From NCBI GenBank assembly GCA_047495785.1, contig JBLDXI010000032.1:186001-250000 (forward strand): DNA of 64,000 bases. Direction: 5' to 3'. A program made the translations under genes and the position numbers. The stretch comes from Lepidodermella squamata. Its lineage: Eukaryota > Animalia > Gastrotricha. Shown piece after piece: positions 23,669 to 38,297 of the stretch; within the stretch, counting starts at the first letter, position 1; every line of letters starts with the position of its first letter. Under the pieces are notes generated by a model that worked only from the letters and a program-made list of their open reading frames with translations, was not told where the DNA came from and did no database searches.

Positions 23669-26600
23669 TTAGGCGAAACTGCTCGCAGTCGATTGCGATC
23701 GTGTGTAATTGCCCGGCGTGGCGCCGGGTGATCGAAGCGAGGCCGGGACAACGCTGGACGACTCAGCGCTGAGTCGCGCAATCGGGCGCCGCCTCAGCTC
23801 AGCCTGAATGTCTGTCATTTGCTGCTGCAGCACGTATTGATAGATCAAATTGCGCGGAATCCGCTGCCCGGTCGGCGATCGCAACTGAGCCGGAACGGGC
23901 GGCGCCGGCGAGTGGCTGACAATCAGCGACCCTGGCAGCGGTTTCGACTTGTCGTGGTGAGGCTTCACCTCCTTGCATAGCGACATCATCTTCGAGATAT
24001 TCTGACCCTCGGCCGTGCCAAATTTCGGCGCAACGGGTGCAACCGGCGTGACCGGGTAGTTGTTCTGCGCCGACGAGCTGGTCTTCGAAGCGGAACCAGG
24101 TACCACGTCCGGCTCGCACAGCCGCGACAACACCATCAACTGCCGCTCGTCGATGCAAACCTTCGCCAACTCGTCAACAACCGGTATCGCCTCGGGCTTC
24201 ACCGCCGGGAAGTGCAGCCGGCTGTTCAGGTAGAACTCGATCTGTTTCCGCGTTCGAATCGCCGCGAAAATCTGCTTCGGACCAGCCGAGGCGACGTCTG
24301 TCCCGGTAACCCGGCCCAGGGTCGAATGCGCGGCGCCTTTCCGCCGGCCTAGCGTTAGCCACCCTGTTGATACAACGGCCTTATGCCCAGGATCCGCCCC
24401 GGCGCCAAAGTACACCTGGTCGAATAATTCCTTACCCGGGTAGCGTTCGGCGCATAACTGACGAATTTGCCTCACCTCTCGGCCTAGCATCCTCAGCTTT
24501 TCAACATTAATCAAAGTCGCGCCCGAGTTAGGATCGGCGTCATTTTCCGAGACGAAAGTCGAATTGCCAAGGTGGACAAAGGCGAGGTCTTTTTTGACGA
24601 GGGGGAACAGCGGAACAGCCGGGCACAGTCGGCCGTCTCGTTGAAGCCTCGCAATGTGATTTCGATAGCGAGACATGTTTCGACTCGGGTCGAATAATTC
24701 CCGATAATCTTCGAGTAATTTCTTGTATTTCGGCGAAACCCGAGCCCAGGTGTTATTAAGGCGGACCACGGCCGAATGTCCCAACCCGGCGACTACGGCG
24801 AAGGTCGACTCGAAGTTATTCAGCCGCAAACAAAATCCGGCTAATTTAATGAAAAATTGGATCAGTTGAACCCTTCGCCTCAGCTTATGTTCCGCGGTGA
24901 TTTCCGATACTACCCAGAATAATTGCCGGTTCGATAGGTTTGTCATGGCTTCAACCCTAGCGTGACCGCCGCCTTTTGAGAGTAGGGCTGGTCGCGTGTT
25001 GTGGCTGTCTGTTAGCGCGAGTACGTCGTCGATGTAGTCGAGTGGTTGGATTTGTTCGAAGGCGTCGAATTCCGCCAGGGTGAGTACGAGGGCGACGAGG
25101 CGGGGTCGCATTGTCAGCAGGTTGACTTTGGACATTTCACCGATCACTTCGTTCACCTCTTGCGGGCCAATCAACGATTGAGATGAAGCGGAAGAAATTT
25201 GACGAAGATAATACCTAAAAATATGAATAATTTAATAATTATAATAATTATTAGTGCGAAAATATTAACCATTAAAAATTAAATTAAAAAGTTTAAAATT
25301 CTTGGATCTAGAATATTTGCGCCTCAAAAATTGAGGTTCCAAATAAATTTTAATTAGTAAATTTAAAATTAATTTTAAGCGTTATAAAAAAATTCTGATT
25401 TTTGTTCCCATTCCGAATTCTTCCCTCGATTTTGATGCCCAATGACCTTGAAGGTATGAAAATGTCCTTTAGTGGTTTCAAGACTTCTGAAATCGGAAAA
25501 ATCACTGATTTATAAATTCGATAGCAGAAATCGATAAGGGCCGAATAAGACCGACTAAGCGGGATGATAATAATAAATAAAAGTGTGATTCAAAAATTGA
25601 GAAAGCTCGTAAAATCAGGGTTTTTGGGGAAAATTGAACCTAAATTCAAAAAAATTTAAAAATTTGAAAATTTCTAAAAATAATCTTAAAAATCTGTTGA
25701 TTTTCAATAACTCGTAGAAAAGAAGATCACACTGATATCAATTTGAATTTTATTGTGAAAATTTTCGAAAAAATTCGAAAAAATTTTGCGAATTCAAAAT
25801 CGAAATCAAAGTTTGTAAATTTTAATTACGGATAAACACTAATAATCAGAAATTATCAATTTGAATGTAAAACTTGAAATTTGAAAAACTTGAAAATTAG
25901 AAAATTTAATAGAGTTGATCCTAAGTAAAAATGAAGGGAACTTTGTTTACCTGGCACAGACCGGTAACCGGTCAGCCAAATCAGACCGATCGTCCAAAAG
26001 CCGGCGCGTTCTAACCGACTGCGTCGTCGGGTGAACAGTCACCTCAAACAGCGCATAATTCGCCAGCGGATCGCCGCGACCAACCTCCCGAACCAGGTTA
26101 AACTCCCGAACAGCCATGCCTATCAAATCAGCCGCCGTCGTGTCAGATCGAATCGCAAAATAGCGATGCTCCTGCTCAGGCGTATACACCATAACGGCCT
26201 GGTCAGGCGGGTCGGGAAACGGGCTGCGTTTCGGTAAAATCCCAGACACTAAATCCGGGTTCGACCTCGATCGCACCAGGTTAGAAGCGGGTAAAATCGG
26301 CGCGGGTAAATTAGCGGCAACATCCTGCTGTTGATTTTCACTGACAACAGATATCGCCGGATTGGAGGCTTTTCCCGCTAATTTTTTCGAAACTTTTGCG
26401 ACGAGTCGTGATAACTTTGTGCCATGCTTTTGATCGGCGGACGATGCCGATCGAACGTTGCCACTTGTTGCCGAATTTTTCATAGCAGTTTGATGTTGAT
26501 GAGCGGCGGGTAATGACGGCCGGTGTTGTTGTTTAGCTGACAAATTGAAACCTGGCGCCAGACCGGATATTGACTGAAGGCCTGTTATTGAGGATTAAGC

Positions 26601-29600
26601 AAACAATTAACGACCTAAGAAACTCGTAATAGGCGCCATCATGACTCACCCAACTTGTTGTATCTGACTGTTAGCGCAAGATGACTAGTGCCCTGCAGAA
26701 TGTCGACCGCTCGGTTGTATGTTATCGACGCGAAATCGTGATTGTTAACATGTAAAATCTGTTTTTCGTAAATGATAGAAGATGGGAATTAAAATACAGT
26801 GTTTATCCAGCGCGAATCCCATTGCGCAATCGCAGCGGCGCGTGCGATATAATCCGCCTTAATAATATCGCATTTCCGCCCGCACTCCCAATTTTCACAC
26901 ATCAAAGTTAAGTGAGTGAGTATTTACCTGATCGCCGCGCCTCAGTCCCGCTCGCCAAGCCGCGCCGTTTTTGACGACGTGCGACACGAAAATTCCGGCC
27001 CGCTGTTCCAGGCCGCCTGTAATCTGGAATCCCGCCGCGTCCAGGTTCGGCAACCCCGGCGTCATCGCCGCCTTTGTAATCACCACAGGCCGCGCCCGCG
27101 ATCGGCTATGCGTCGCCAGTAGCAACAACTTCAACTGCGGTATCTGCCCGCTTTCCTCCAGAATTGTCTCAACCGTCTCCAGAAATTCGCCCAGCTCGTT
27201 AACCCGCTCGAACAGGCCGAAATCAGCCGAAATCCAATGCGTTATAACATTCGCCGCCTTTTTCTGCCGCGACGGGTCTTTCAACGCGGCGAGCAGATAC
27301 TCACAAATCGGCGTGACTGTGTCGATAAATAGCGGGAATGTCGTGAGAAAATCCTCGGAAAACGTCGGGTCAGCATTTGCTGAAACCGAAGCCGGCGAGT
27401 CATTTTGCCCGGGCACGACTAATTGAATCAGCCGATCTGCTGTGCCGCGAATTACAACCGGCACGCGGCGTGATCGATGTGGCAGTGGCGGCAGGGTCGG
27501 GTCGCCGCCATTATTACGCGGCAGAGTAGCAAATTGGGGCACTAAACCAGGCTGTAGCACGAAATCGCGTTCTTCCATCACGAGTACAACATGACCTGAA
27601 ATGTGAGCGGGCAATTTTTTCGTGAGTAAAATCGCGTTGGTGTAATTATTGCCGTTCGTCGTCGTGATGGTTGTTGTATTGATGGCGGTGAAATAGTAAT
27701 CGGGAAAAAATTCCGCCGACCAGCCCATTACGGCGCAGATTTCGCGCGGTGTTTTAAAAATAATTACGACGCAAATTAGCCCGGTAGAATTATTAAGGTG
27801 GACTTTTTTATTAATAACACTACAAGGCCAGGGCGGCGCAACGGCTAGCATGGTATTTTATTATTAGCAGCTATTCACGCTCGTCGCATTCGACTGGAAG
27901 GCGATGATAAGAAATAAGTGCGTAATCATAATGACGGGGCCATAAAAATTGCAAGTGAAGGTAATAATACGCTGAGCTGTGAGTTTTTGTGCGACACAAG
28001 CGCGCAACAAAAACAAGTCACAGTGGTATTTCTTAGCACGGCGCAAACAAAAACAGGCACCTGGCGACGCGTCGCGAGCCGGGCTCATCTTGTGGCTTGA
28101 AAAGGGCCGTGCGCGAGAAATTAAAACGCGCGGCAAATAATGCCGTTATAATCATCATTTTTTTCGCATTCTAACTGCGAAATTCCAGTTATAATTATGG
28201 CATTATAACGCTGTGTATTCAAAGCTGAGAGGTAACGACATCTCCGCTGCTCATCTCGCGAAAAATTGATGAAATAGCACTCGAAATGAACTCGCGCGGA
28301 GATAATCCGTTGAAGTGACACACTTCGCGTCATAAAGTGTGAACTTGAATGGGACACTGAAAATAGGTATGTTGAACAAATTATGCCGAAAATTATTTGT
28401 ACGCGCCGCAATGAAAAATTAAGGCCATTAATTTTAAGAAAATTATTTGCACAACCAACCATCACGAATAACGAACGAGGCAATATACCTGAAAAAATAG
28501 TGCAAAAACAAACCTTTATCGCGGACGACTTGTTTGTCCTGTTCGGCGCGGCTCAGCACGGATACGTAATCGGTATGGCTGACGACGATGAATTGACAGT
28601 AGGCGACGAGGGTGCGCAAAACACCGCTGTGCCGCCGCGCCGGTTTGTCGCGCGCCGATTCGACGCCAAAGCTGGACGTGATTTAACGCGCAAAGCGCAC
28701 AAATATTAGTTAAAAATTCATGAATGTGAATAATTTTCATACAAACAATAACAAGTAACAGATTTTGGCTAGGAATTTTTTCCAAGTATTTTTAAAAGCT
28801 CTATCAGTTCTAATTCGAGTGGAAATGGCTGAAAATGGTATAAAAATGATCCAAATTTTCACAAATCTTCCCAATATTTTATGTTTCCCGACTGAAATAC
28901 CAATCGAAAGATCTGATTTTGCCCATAAAATCGGGAGATAAAAGCTGGGTAATAAGGGCAAGGTAACACTCGGCACTTTTCCAGTTGGAAGTCAAGAAAA
29001 ATCGAAATTTTCGCTCAAATCATCACCTCATCGCCTGTCTCATCACCTCAAAACAAGGTGAATGGAGCAAAATTCGATTTTCAGAAAAATTTAATTAGTT
29101 TTTACATCCCCATTCGAAAAAGTCAAATTTACCGTGTTCACTGATGATTTTCGGACACGATGAAAATTAAAAAAAATATTGAAAAGTTTGTTCTTAATTT
29201 TCTTCACGATTCTAGCCAAAGTTTAGAGACGAATGTTGAATCTCACAAGTCACAAGGCCATTGCAAATGCAAATTAGCCAAAAATTGTCCCAGGCTAGCT
29301 AAATCTCTTAAAATTCTAAAAATCAGGAATAATTTTGCTCACCATTGTTTGAAAATTTCAGAATTTTCAAGCAAAAGCTCATTTTTAGCATGGAAAATAG
29401 GTTTGCTCTATTGTTAAGGTCGGGCCAGTTCATTTAAATACAAATCAGGTGAAATTAGCTAAAAAATTTAAAAATGTTTACGATTTTTCCAGCTTCAATA
29501 CCAATCGAAAGATCGGATTTCGTCCTCAAATTCGAGATAGGGAAATAGGGTATATATCCCAAAATGTGTTTGTGAGGTTAGGACAAAAGTTCTTTTATTT

Positions 29601-32097
29601 TTCTCGAGTAAAAAAGTGTCGATCATTAGCATACCTTTCACCGACGCCGAGTTCTCGCACATTGCCGTCGGGCGATCGGTGCTCGAGGGCGCCATTGATT
29701 ATGACCGACCATGAATCAACGTCGTCACCGTCCGATAGAATAACAGCGCCGGCCTCTTCGACCATAGCGTACGTCATAACTTGGCACAGGCTGCGCTTCG
29801 CATTCTGCGTCAAATCGGCAAAGGCCGGGAAATTTTGTACGAAATCGACGAGCAGATCGATTTCGCGCTCGCTTCGCTGGCCTGGGTTTTTCTCTAAACA
29901 TTCGCGGTACACGTCGGAAATCTGAAACAAACAAACAACGCAAACGTAAACAAAACAATTATTACACGCGCATAGCCGCGAAAAATCGAGTGGGCCTTAA
30001 TTCATAATTCATGAGTCTCGTTAAATAAATAAACTACGCTGATTTCAAAAATGCGAAAAATAAACAAAAAATAAATAACCAAAATTAACAGAAAGTCAAC
30101 TGTTTCAAAGACTAAAAGCTCAGTTCTGGTAACAAACTATAATAACAAAGAAGCTCTCTTAAAATCTTGAAACGGGAACTCCATGAATCAGTTTGGAAGA
30201 AAAAAGGAGAGGATATCCAATATTTAATCCTTTTTCGAAAATTTGGGACACTAAAATTGGGCGCAAAACAACAAATTCAATCTCGAGTATGATATTTTAA
30301 AAATTTTATATTTCGAGACTTGAATTTTTTGATCCCGATTGAAAACGACCCATTTTTCGCTGATGGTTGAGTTGAGGCGATCGAAACCAATATAACATAC
30401 ATAGGATGTAAATTTTTCTACCACGAAATGTGGGCTTTTCACCATTAATTTCGGGACTTTGACTATCAAACCCGAAAATTACAATTTTACCACCAATTTC
30501 GGGTTTTCTACCATCAAATTGAAGCTCTCGCCAACGTTACGGAAACCGCCATCAATTTAGGTCCTCTATCTATCAAATCTTTCTCACAGTTTGAGTGATT
30601 TGAACTATTACCAAGGTTCCGATATTGGAGAAATTATGGGTTTCTAAAATCGAAATTGGCTCCAATATAATTTGTCTGTTGTTTTGCAAAATATGCGAAT
30701 CATAGACCATTTCTATTCGGCAGAAGGCCATTTTAGGTCAATTTTAATTTGAAAAGCACATTTTTCATAAATTTAGAATGTTTCATGGTAGTGCTAAAAT
30801 TTGGGCTGAAAGCGAATGGCCCATTATATTTACAATATTTAAAATACAATCAAGATCATAACAAAGGTGATTTATGTTTCAGCTATGATCGCCATCGGTA
30901 AATGCAAAGGAAATTTGTTAATCATTCGAGACGAAAGACAGCTTTTAGGAAACTACCCAGCAACAGATGATAAATGGTGGAAAATGGCAAAAGAACCAGT
31001 CAAGACTATTCGAGAAAATCGAGAAAATTTAGCAAAAAAATGGAACAAAAATGACCAAATTAAGGGCGAAATGCCTCGAACTCTTGCATCAATTAAAAAC
31101 TGTCTGAAATGAGTAGTTTTCATGGAACCTCAGTCATTTCCCATTTCTAAGAAAATTTCCGTAAAAACTTTAAAATCCAGGAAATTTTGCTGATTTTCAC
31201 CAAAAATTGTCTTTCAAAAGAACGCGGATTTCCTAATCGAATTTGCAATAGAAATTTAAAAACGAAACTTACATCTGAGGTTGAAGTTTCCTCGGTAGGG
31301 CTCAACAGATCGTCATCCGAATCCACGGCCGACTCGGTCAAACCCGTCAAATCAATATCATCCACAGTCAGGGACGAACCCTGCTGCGTCGTACTGCCGC
31401 GTCTCATGCCTACATGACTCGAAGCCGGCACGATATTCGACGAAGCAAACGACGAAACCGAGCTGGCATCATCACTGATCGGCCGCCTTTTAACCGGCGA
31501 TTTATTCGCCCCGCCTCGCACAATCGCCGACGCCTCGTGGTTGCTAGGCGAGCGGTTCGAGGGCGGCAGATCCGGGGTCATTTCCACGACATCAACGCAG
31601 GATTCCTCCAGGTAAGGATCCGTCAAAATGTGCATGTAAGCCTGCTGGTTTTGATAGCTTTTCGACGATCGACTCGGCGTTGTAGAGTAATTAGCTCGGG
31701 ACATTCCAGCCGAGCCGCGTCGCGTAAAATCGACGGCTAAAAATTCGGACGGCTCAAGGACGATGCATTCCGTCAGCCGGCCGCCGGCTCGACTGCCCCG
31801 GATTACGGCGCCCGGGTAGGCGAGTCGGTTGTCGACGTAGACCAGCCCTGAAATCAGGATGAAACACGTCGATTCGGCGTCGTCTTCCGATGTGAATAAC
31901 AACTCGTCGGCATCGCGCCATTCGTAACGAGATTGGCCGGCTAGCAGGCGCGTTTCTTCCTGTGATAGCCCGGCGAAAATCGACTGGTCATCGGCGCATT
32001 TTTTCATAAAATCAACAGCGAGGTCAACGTCCTTTGAACTGCGCTCATTCGCCGGCTTTTTCAACGCCCGAATTAAATGGCGATCAGAGCTAGTCAT
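23669..32097 (-). CDS. RAPGEF2: PDZ-domain Rap guanine nucleotide exchange factor (RAPGEF2/6, pxf-1-like), multi-exon
   Basis: Domains in order: two cNMP-binding-like domains (31273-32097; ~29633-29922 plus ~28508-28673), REM (DPTFSEDFLTTF), PDZ (GFQITGG..GIFVSHV..AGLRRGDQ), SRSNPDL, RA domain, and CDC25 RasGEF (FIKLAGFC..NNFESTFAVVAGL..DPSRNMSRYR..PLFPLVKKDL). Confidence 0.92.
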
Positions 32098-33213
32098 TTT
32101 TTTACGTTACAGCAATCGAGACATTTCTTTAAACAGTAGTTTTTCTGTTTTTATCTAATCTCTCTTTTATAAATATACCTACGATGAAAACAAACGAGGA
32201 GTGGTTGTAGTATATTATAGTAGTAAAAGAGTGGGCTGCTAGTAATGATGCGTGATTCATTATAGTGAGCACACACAAAAAATTTACTACAAACATCTGC
32301 TACTACGATTTTTCAGTAGAAAAATTAGCATTTATTCGTACCAACCGACTTTTGCCTGACCGTGTGTCGTTACTAAACAGTAGTTACCTGGGGTTAGGAA
32401 TGCGTAATTAATTATTATTAGTATTGTAGAATGGGAGGCTGCGAAATGTTGCTAACACGTGTGCGTTTGCATGTTTATTTTTAGAATTTCGATCTGACAC
32501 GCAATTTCACGGAACAAGTGAGTCCCGACGGGAAATTGCAAAATCAGAACTAAAAGACGAATAATTTTCCAAGAGTAAAAGAAATCAGGTTAAACTACTC
32601 CAAATTAAAAAATAATGCCTCTGAAAAAGTCCACCTTAATAATTTTGAAAACTGAATAATTCACAAGTCAAGCTGTTAAATGTCGCTCGTTTTTCGGCTA
32701 CTTTCGAAAAATTTTCCAGTTAAGAATTTTTTTTAAAATTAGAACATGAATAAGACTGGTTGAAATGACAGTCGGATTTATATGTAAATAAATAAAGTAA
32801 TTAATTATTCAAAGTGGCCATAAAAATTAACTTTTACACCTGCACAATGGAGGAAAAAATACCCGATTAAACGTCTTGAACACAGCGACAATAGCCTAGG
32901 TATCACCTTAACGCTAAAAAAATTATTATTTTACAGTCGAAAAAATAACCGTTTTCAAATAGCAAACAGCCGCTCGCTTTTATTGTCAAATTAATTGCTG
33001 CTGCGGTATTTTTTAATGGTATATTATTAAGAAAAATACCATAATTGTGAAAGTGATTGTTCCGCAATTTTTTTCGTACCTCGCACAAAATATCTACAAA
33101 ATGCGATCAAGAGATGAGAACAAAAGAAGTAGTAAAAAAAAAAGAGCCAAAAGTAATAACAAACAACAGAAGCTGTGTGTTGTTTTTCGGCTGACACGTT
33201 TGAGAAAATTTCA

Positions 33214-33579
33214 TCAAGCAGGAGTAGAAGTTATTTGACTTGGTGTGTTAGCAGCCGAGCCATCTGATACCGATGTAAGATGTTTACCGTAGTAGAGTGT
33301 GTAGTAAATAGACAGCGCCGTCAGTGCAAGACTCGTCGCTATGCCTAAACAGCTTAGTACGATGGAGATGGCCTGATGGCGGCATGTTGTACCTCGGAAG
33401 GCCAAAATCACGGCCGGAATTGCGATTGGCAAACAGCAGAGAGACAGTGAGACGGCGGCTAGGGGCCGCGAAATTCGACGCAATCGACCACACCTACTCG
33501 TCCGCCTTAACGATGACGGCAAAAGATCGCCTTCGTTGCAATTCGATTCGAAATCTTCCGAATCGTTCGCGTCTTTCAT
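33214..33579 (-). CDS. Small two-hydrophobic-segment membrane protein, dispanin/CD225-like
   Basis: LAAVSLSLCCLPIAIPAVILAF followed by AISIVLSCLGIATSL; same layout as 38298-38876 and 46550-47059. Confidence 0.6.
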   Translation of the reverse strand: MKDANDSEDFESNCNEGDLLPSSLRRTSRCGRLRRISRPLAAVSLSLCCLPIAIPAVILAFRGTTCRHQAISIVLSCLGIATSLALTALSIYYTLYYGKHLTSVSDGSAANTPSQITSTPA

Positions 33580-36254
33580 AATGCTGTTATTTTATCATCC
33601 GAACACGACGTCAAAAACTCGACAATTTTTCGAGTGTGTGTGAAATAAAAACGCGTTTTTTATAATGAAGCCAGATATTTTTGCGATGTTTTAAATAATC
33701 AAGCCCCTTACAATAATAATATATTGTGTTGGCATAGCGCGACTGCGCGATTGATCGATATCGGCTACACGCGTGCTATAAAGGAAACGAGGGGAAAAAA
33801 AGCAATTGATCGAGTAAGCGGACGGAAATATTTTTTCGCCGCCGCCATCAGGTGAGGGCTGTAAGGACATGGCTATAGGCAGTAATTCTAATTTTTTCCG
33901 CGTGCAAATGAAAACATGATTGCTATATAACGAGATGGAGGTGTGTAAACATAAATCGATTGATTTAATGGTAATTAATGACTGATCTCAAAAATTCTGG
34001 GAAAACATAATGTTTTATACCTCAATTATTAATCGCAAAAATTAGCGCTATAATTTGCGCAAATATTCCAATTAAAAATCAATAAATAAATTAGGGAAAT
34101 ATTTGCTCAGCAAACCTCAAGATAAAAAGATTACGGCCAAACAAAAATGTTCTCGTTAAATTATTTCTTTAATTAAAACCTGGAATATTTTAATAAAAAA
34201 TCAAGAAGATGAGAGCCGTGAGCGAGAGAGATGAATAAAAGCCTACCTAGGTCGGTTAATTGTCAAGAATACAGGCGAATGAGGTGAATGAAGACGAGTT
34301 TAATAAGACTCTGTTGGTTATGCATTCAGCTTAACGCAAGCGTAATAACAACGCCCGCCCTCTGTGTGTGTGTGAGAAATTCTAAAGAGAGGCGAGAGAA
34401 TAAAGACACAGAGCAGAAAGGTGGCCCTCGCTATACATTGCCATCAGTGACGTGTGGCAAGCGACGGCAAATACTGATAATAATAGCAGAGCGGCACTCA
34501 GCACGGGGTCATCGCACTTGAAATTTGAGACCGGAAATAATTTTGTCGGAATTAAAATCGATAGTTAATTGAACTCTAGTCTTCGGCGAGAGATTCAAGT
34601 GCTAAATACGGATTTGCCTATACTTATTTCTTGCCTGATGCTGAGACGCGGCAAACAGGTAAATACGACAGTGGCGGCGACGAGAATAAGAAATAATCAT
34701 AAATGTAGTAGGGACACGGCGGTGGCGGCTGGAGATGGAACGGCCGGCCTAATGTCTCATTATTAGACAAGCGGGCGGATGGTCGCAGCCGTAAAAAGGC
34801 ATCGAGGAATAACACACACAACTCAGATATAAGACTGAGTAACATTATTGTGGTTGGTTAGTTGCTAGTAGTCGTAGTAGGTAGGCCTGCCATGGTGGTA
34901 AATAATAATATTAGTATTTTTACATGCATGCAGCGTGTTTTATTATTGCGATATGTGTTTGCGTGAAGGTAAAACGCAGGTAAGGTCAAATAATGGTCGC
35001 CGTATATGTGTGTATGTTTAGCGGGTACAAGGCTTTTTCGTCATCATCAGCTATCGCCCGGCGAATAAAGAGCCTGACCTTGAAGAAACAAGCCTCAAGT
35101 GCGTGTTTGTCGAAGCAAGAAAAGATCTACTGTTTCGCTGGTGAAAATAAGACGGCAACTACTTACTACTACGACGACGAACAGGTCTAATAATAACCGC
35201 GATGGAATAGTAATAAAAATTTTGTATCTATATAGGCCGTTGCGTTATCTCATATCTGGGTCACATCAGTCGTTTTTATTGTTATCGCGCGCCAAGTGCG
35301 GAAGTGCGCGGCGTGTTGAAAGATGAAAGGAAAGATGGCGTAATAAATTGAAAAAGGCAACACCTTAAGCCTTAAGCAAATACCTGAGCAACTTTCACGA
35401 ATACCGAGACGTGGAAAAACAAAACTCTCACCACACTGGTAGAACCAGGAAAACACCGCGACTAATGGGAGCCACATAGCATGCGGAATTTCGGTGGTGT
35501 GTCTGGTTAATTACAACAACCATCGCGCTACGAAAACACGCCAAGATTTTGTTTGCCAGCACGCGATGTTTAAAATATTGACATTTAGCGGTTTGGTTCG
35601 AGTCGCCCACTCAGCGACGCGTTGGCGCGCGTCTCTTGCGGGCGATTAATTGGCGATTAAGCATCAACTTCACTGCTGTTGTGGGTTTGGCATTTGCACC
35701 TCACGCACCTGGCGAGGCGACGTGATTAAAAATCACGGGCTAATGTCAACAAAACCGAGGCGACAATATCACACGCCCCAACTTTCAGAGGAGCGGTTCC
35801 GAATTAACATGAATGAATGATTGAAAAAAAAATTACTTTCTGATTCAACCAATTTTACCTGTTTTTTTCAAATTGCTTCAAATAATTAGCAAGATAAATA
35901 AAATTGACCCTTATGGTTTATGTTGCGTCACACATTTTTGGGTGACAACGCACTGATAAATGTCCTTGAACAATCGAATTTTTATAACGGCGTGTCTCAA
36001 ATTGAAAAATAATCCACAAATATTTGAGACGATGAATAAATTTTTTTTAGCTGAAAAATGCCCGCCATATTGGATTAATTCACACACGCGACTATCAAGT
36101 TCAGCATCATCTGCTACGCCGATTTAGGATAAGTCGTAGCCTTCGCAGTCGCCTGTCATTTATCTACAGAAAAATTATTTTCCACTATTTTTATCCATGA
36201 TGGTTATTTTTGTCAAAATTAATTCTTATTTCAAACCTTGGAATAGAATTTTAC

Positions 36255-38265
36255 ATGATGAAAGTTGAAGTCAAACAACAACCCGAAGAAGTCCCCGACG
36301 ATGAATTGATTCCTGTTGCCCCACTGCAAAACTGTCAAAATGCGCCGGATAGCACGAATCGAAAATCCAAGAACACCGCGAAAACAATCAAATTCGCTCT
36401 TGGTTCATTCACGACCTGGCGGCAAGAAACTCTTAAAAAGCCTGATAACGAAATTCCTGAGGGTAAATATTGAAAATCAATTTTTTGTATAATTTTTTAA
36501 ATAATTTCTTTTAAGATGAATTGCAATTTTGGACAATGGATATCCATCTGCTACCCGAAGACCAAATCGTGAAGCAAATGACTCGATTTCCTGTTGAAAA
36601 TCGGCGAGCTGATGGCACTCCTTACAACGGCCGTAGCATATGCCAAATGGTCGATTGCCTCATGATGCACCTGCGCGAGAAGGGACGGCAATTCGCTTGG
36701 CGAACCGATCCAAGCTACTCATCCATCAAGCAAGCAGTTGAAGTCGCGCTGAGAAATGCGACACCGCCCCAGCCGAATAGTCGGCTGGCTTCGAAGCGGC
36801 GATTGTGGGACACAGCTGAGGCGAGGGGTGTCGTGAAATGCGGCAAATCGGATCCGAATCAGCTGATCACTTCGTTGATCTACAAAATTGGACTGTTCAC
36901 CGGTGCGAAAAGCGGCGAGGAATTGCGGTATTTTGAATTCAGGCACTTCGATTTTGTCGATTTGGAACTTGGCAAAGCTTTGCGGATCACCTACCCCGAT
37001 TGTCTCATCGAAAAATGGAAACCTGAGAAAAATGTGAGCCACAAAAAAATTACAGCTTGAAATTCAATTTTTCCTTAATTTTTAAAATTAAAAAATTGAA
37101 AAATGTTGGACATCTAGCCTGAGGGTACCAGGATGCTGAAGTAAAACATTATCAATAAAAAACACGGAAAATTGAAAATAGCAAAATATCGGAAAATCAA
37201 GTGCTTAAATTTAGGGTTGAAACCTGAATTTTACTCACTTGCAAATAATATTTAGACCTTAGAAACATAAAATTGAAGAATCGGCGAATTTCCAATGTGA
37301 CCCAGTTTTTTTTAATTTGGTAACTTTTTGTATGAAAATTCAGGTAATTTTTTTGATTAAACCTACCGAGAGAAAATTCCATCTTTTATCGGCGATTTAA
37401 ACGGGGAAATAAAAAAAAATCGGAGAAAACCCGGAAAACCCCATGGTAACTGGTTCGGTAATTTTCGGTATTTTACTTGAATGCTATTATCGGGATTTTT
37501 AGAACTTTTCTACAATTTTTCTGGCCATGAGATGTGACTTCGTCTCTCTTTTTAGATTTACTGAACCCTTTTTCGTGTCTAAACAATCATGAATAATTAT
37601 CAACTAATTTTGTTGACCCAAGGACTATTTTTTTGTCATAGTTTGTCGATGTGTACCCGTTTTCCGACAGCTACAACAACGACGACAGTTGTCTGGTTCG
37701 CCTTTTCGAATTTTACATGTCCAAGGTACCGCCAGAAAGCCTTCAGAAACCTTGGTTCTTCGCCCGACCTTTGAATGTTCGCCGTGATACCGATCGGTGG
37801 TTCGCCGATTCTCCAGCCGGTATCCACTCACTCGAAAGATTTGTCCGCGAACTACACACCCAATGCGGATTAGACGGGCAGCAGCAAAGTTCGAAAAGTC
37901 GAAATTCACGCGACAATTTGGACGGGTCATCTTCAAGTTGCGACAGCACCCAGCCGAATTTCGAGCCTGTTTCACCGAAGCAAATGAGATTAAGCTGCGA
38001 TGTTGAACCTACTATCGAGTCTACTAGTCGATGTTACTCAGAATCAGAGAATAATCAATCAGAAAGTGATGGCTGTTTGGACCTTTCCTCGGGCAGGAAA
38101 GTCGAGCAATCTATTTTGTTACCTGGAAATTCGTCGAAATCTTCGGTTAATATCGGCGAAATTTTGGCGCAATTGAACATGCCAACCGGGCAAAATGCGG
38201 CGCCCTTTGAAGTTAACATTAAATACGAGCCAAACGGAGCTTTCAGCATAACGATTAAGAAATAA
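36255..38265 (+). CDS. Crypton-derived DUF3504 protein (ZMYM/QRICH1/KCTD1-type domain), exons 36255-36462, 36516-37033, 37642-38265
   Basis: RFPVENRRADGTPY..LMMHLREKG; QLITSLIYKIGLFTGAKSGEELR; CLVRLFEFYMSKVP..FFARPL..WFADSPAGIHSLERFVRELHTQCG. In-frame GT-AG splicing. Confidence 0.75.
37425..37470. repeat. Dispersed repeat, inverted copy at ~60055-60095
   Basis: ATGGTAACTGGTTCGGTAATTTT here; AAAATTACCGAACCAGTTACCAT at ~60055; a looser copy at ~5435-5460. Confidence 0.6.
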
Positions 38266-38297
38266 TAAAATCATTCATTTTTTTACTGAAATATTGT

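Noticed and set aside
33600-35800. Short ORFs in a CpG-rich intergenic region
   Set aside because: No motifs or coherent splice structure; probably regulatory DNA.
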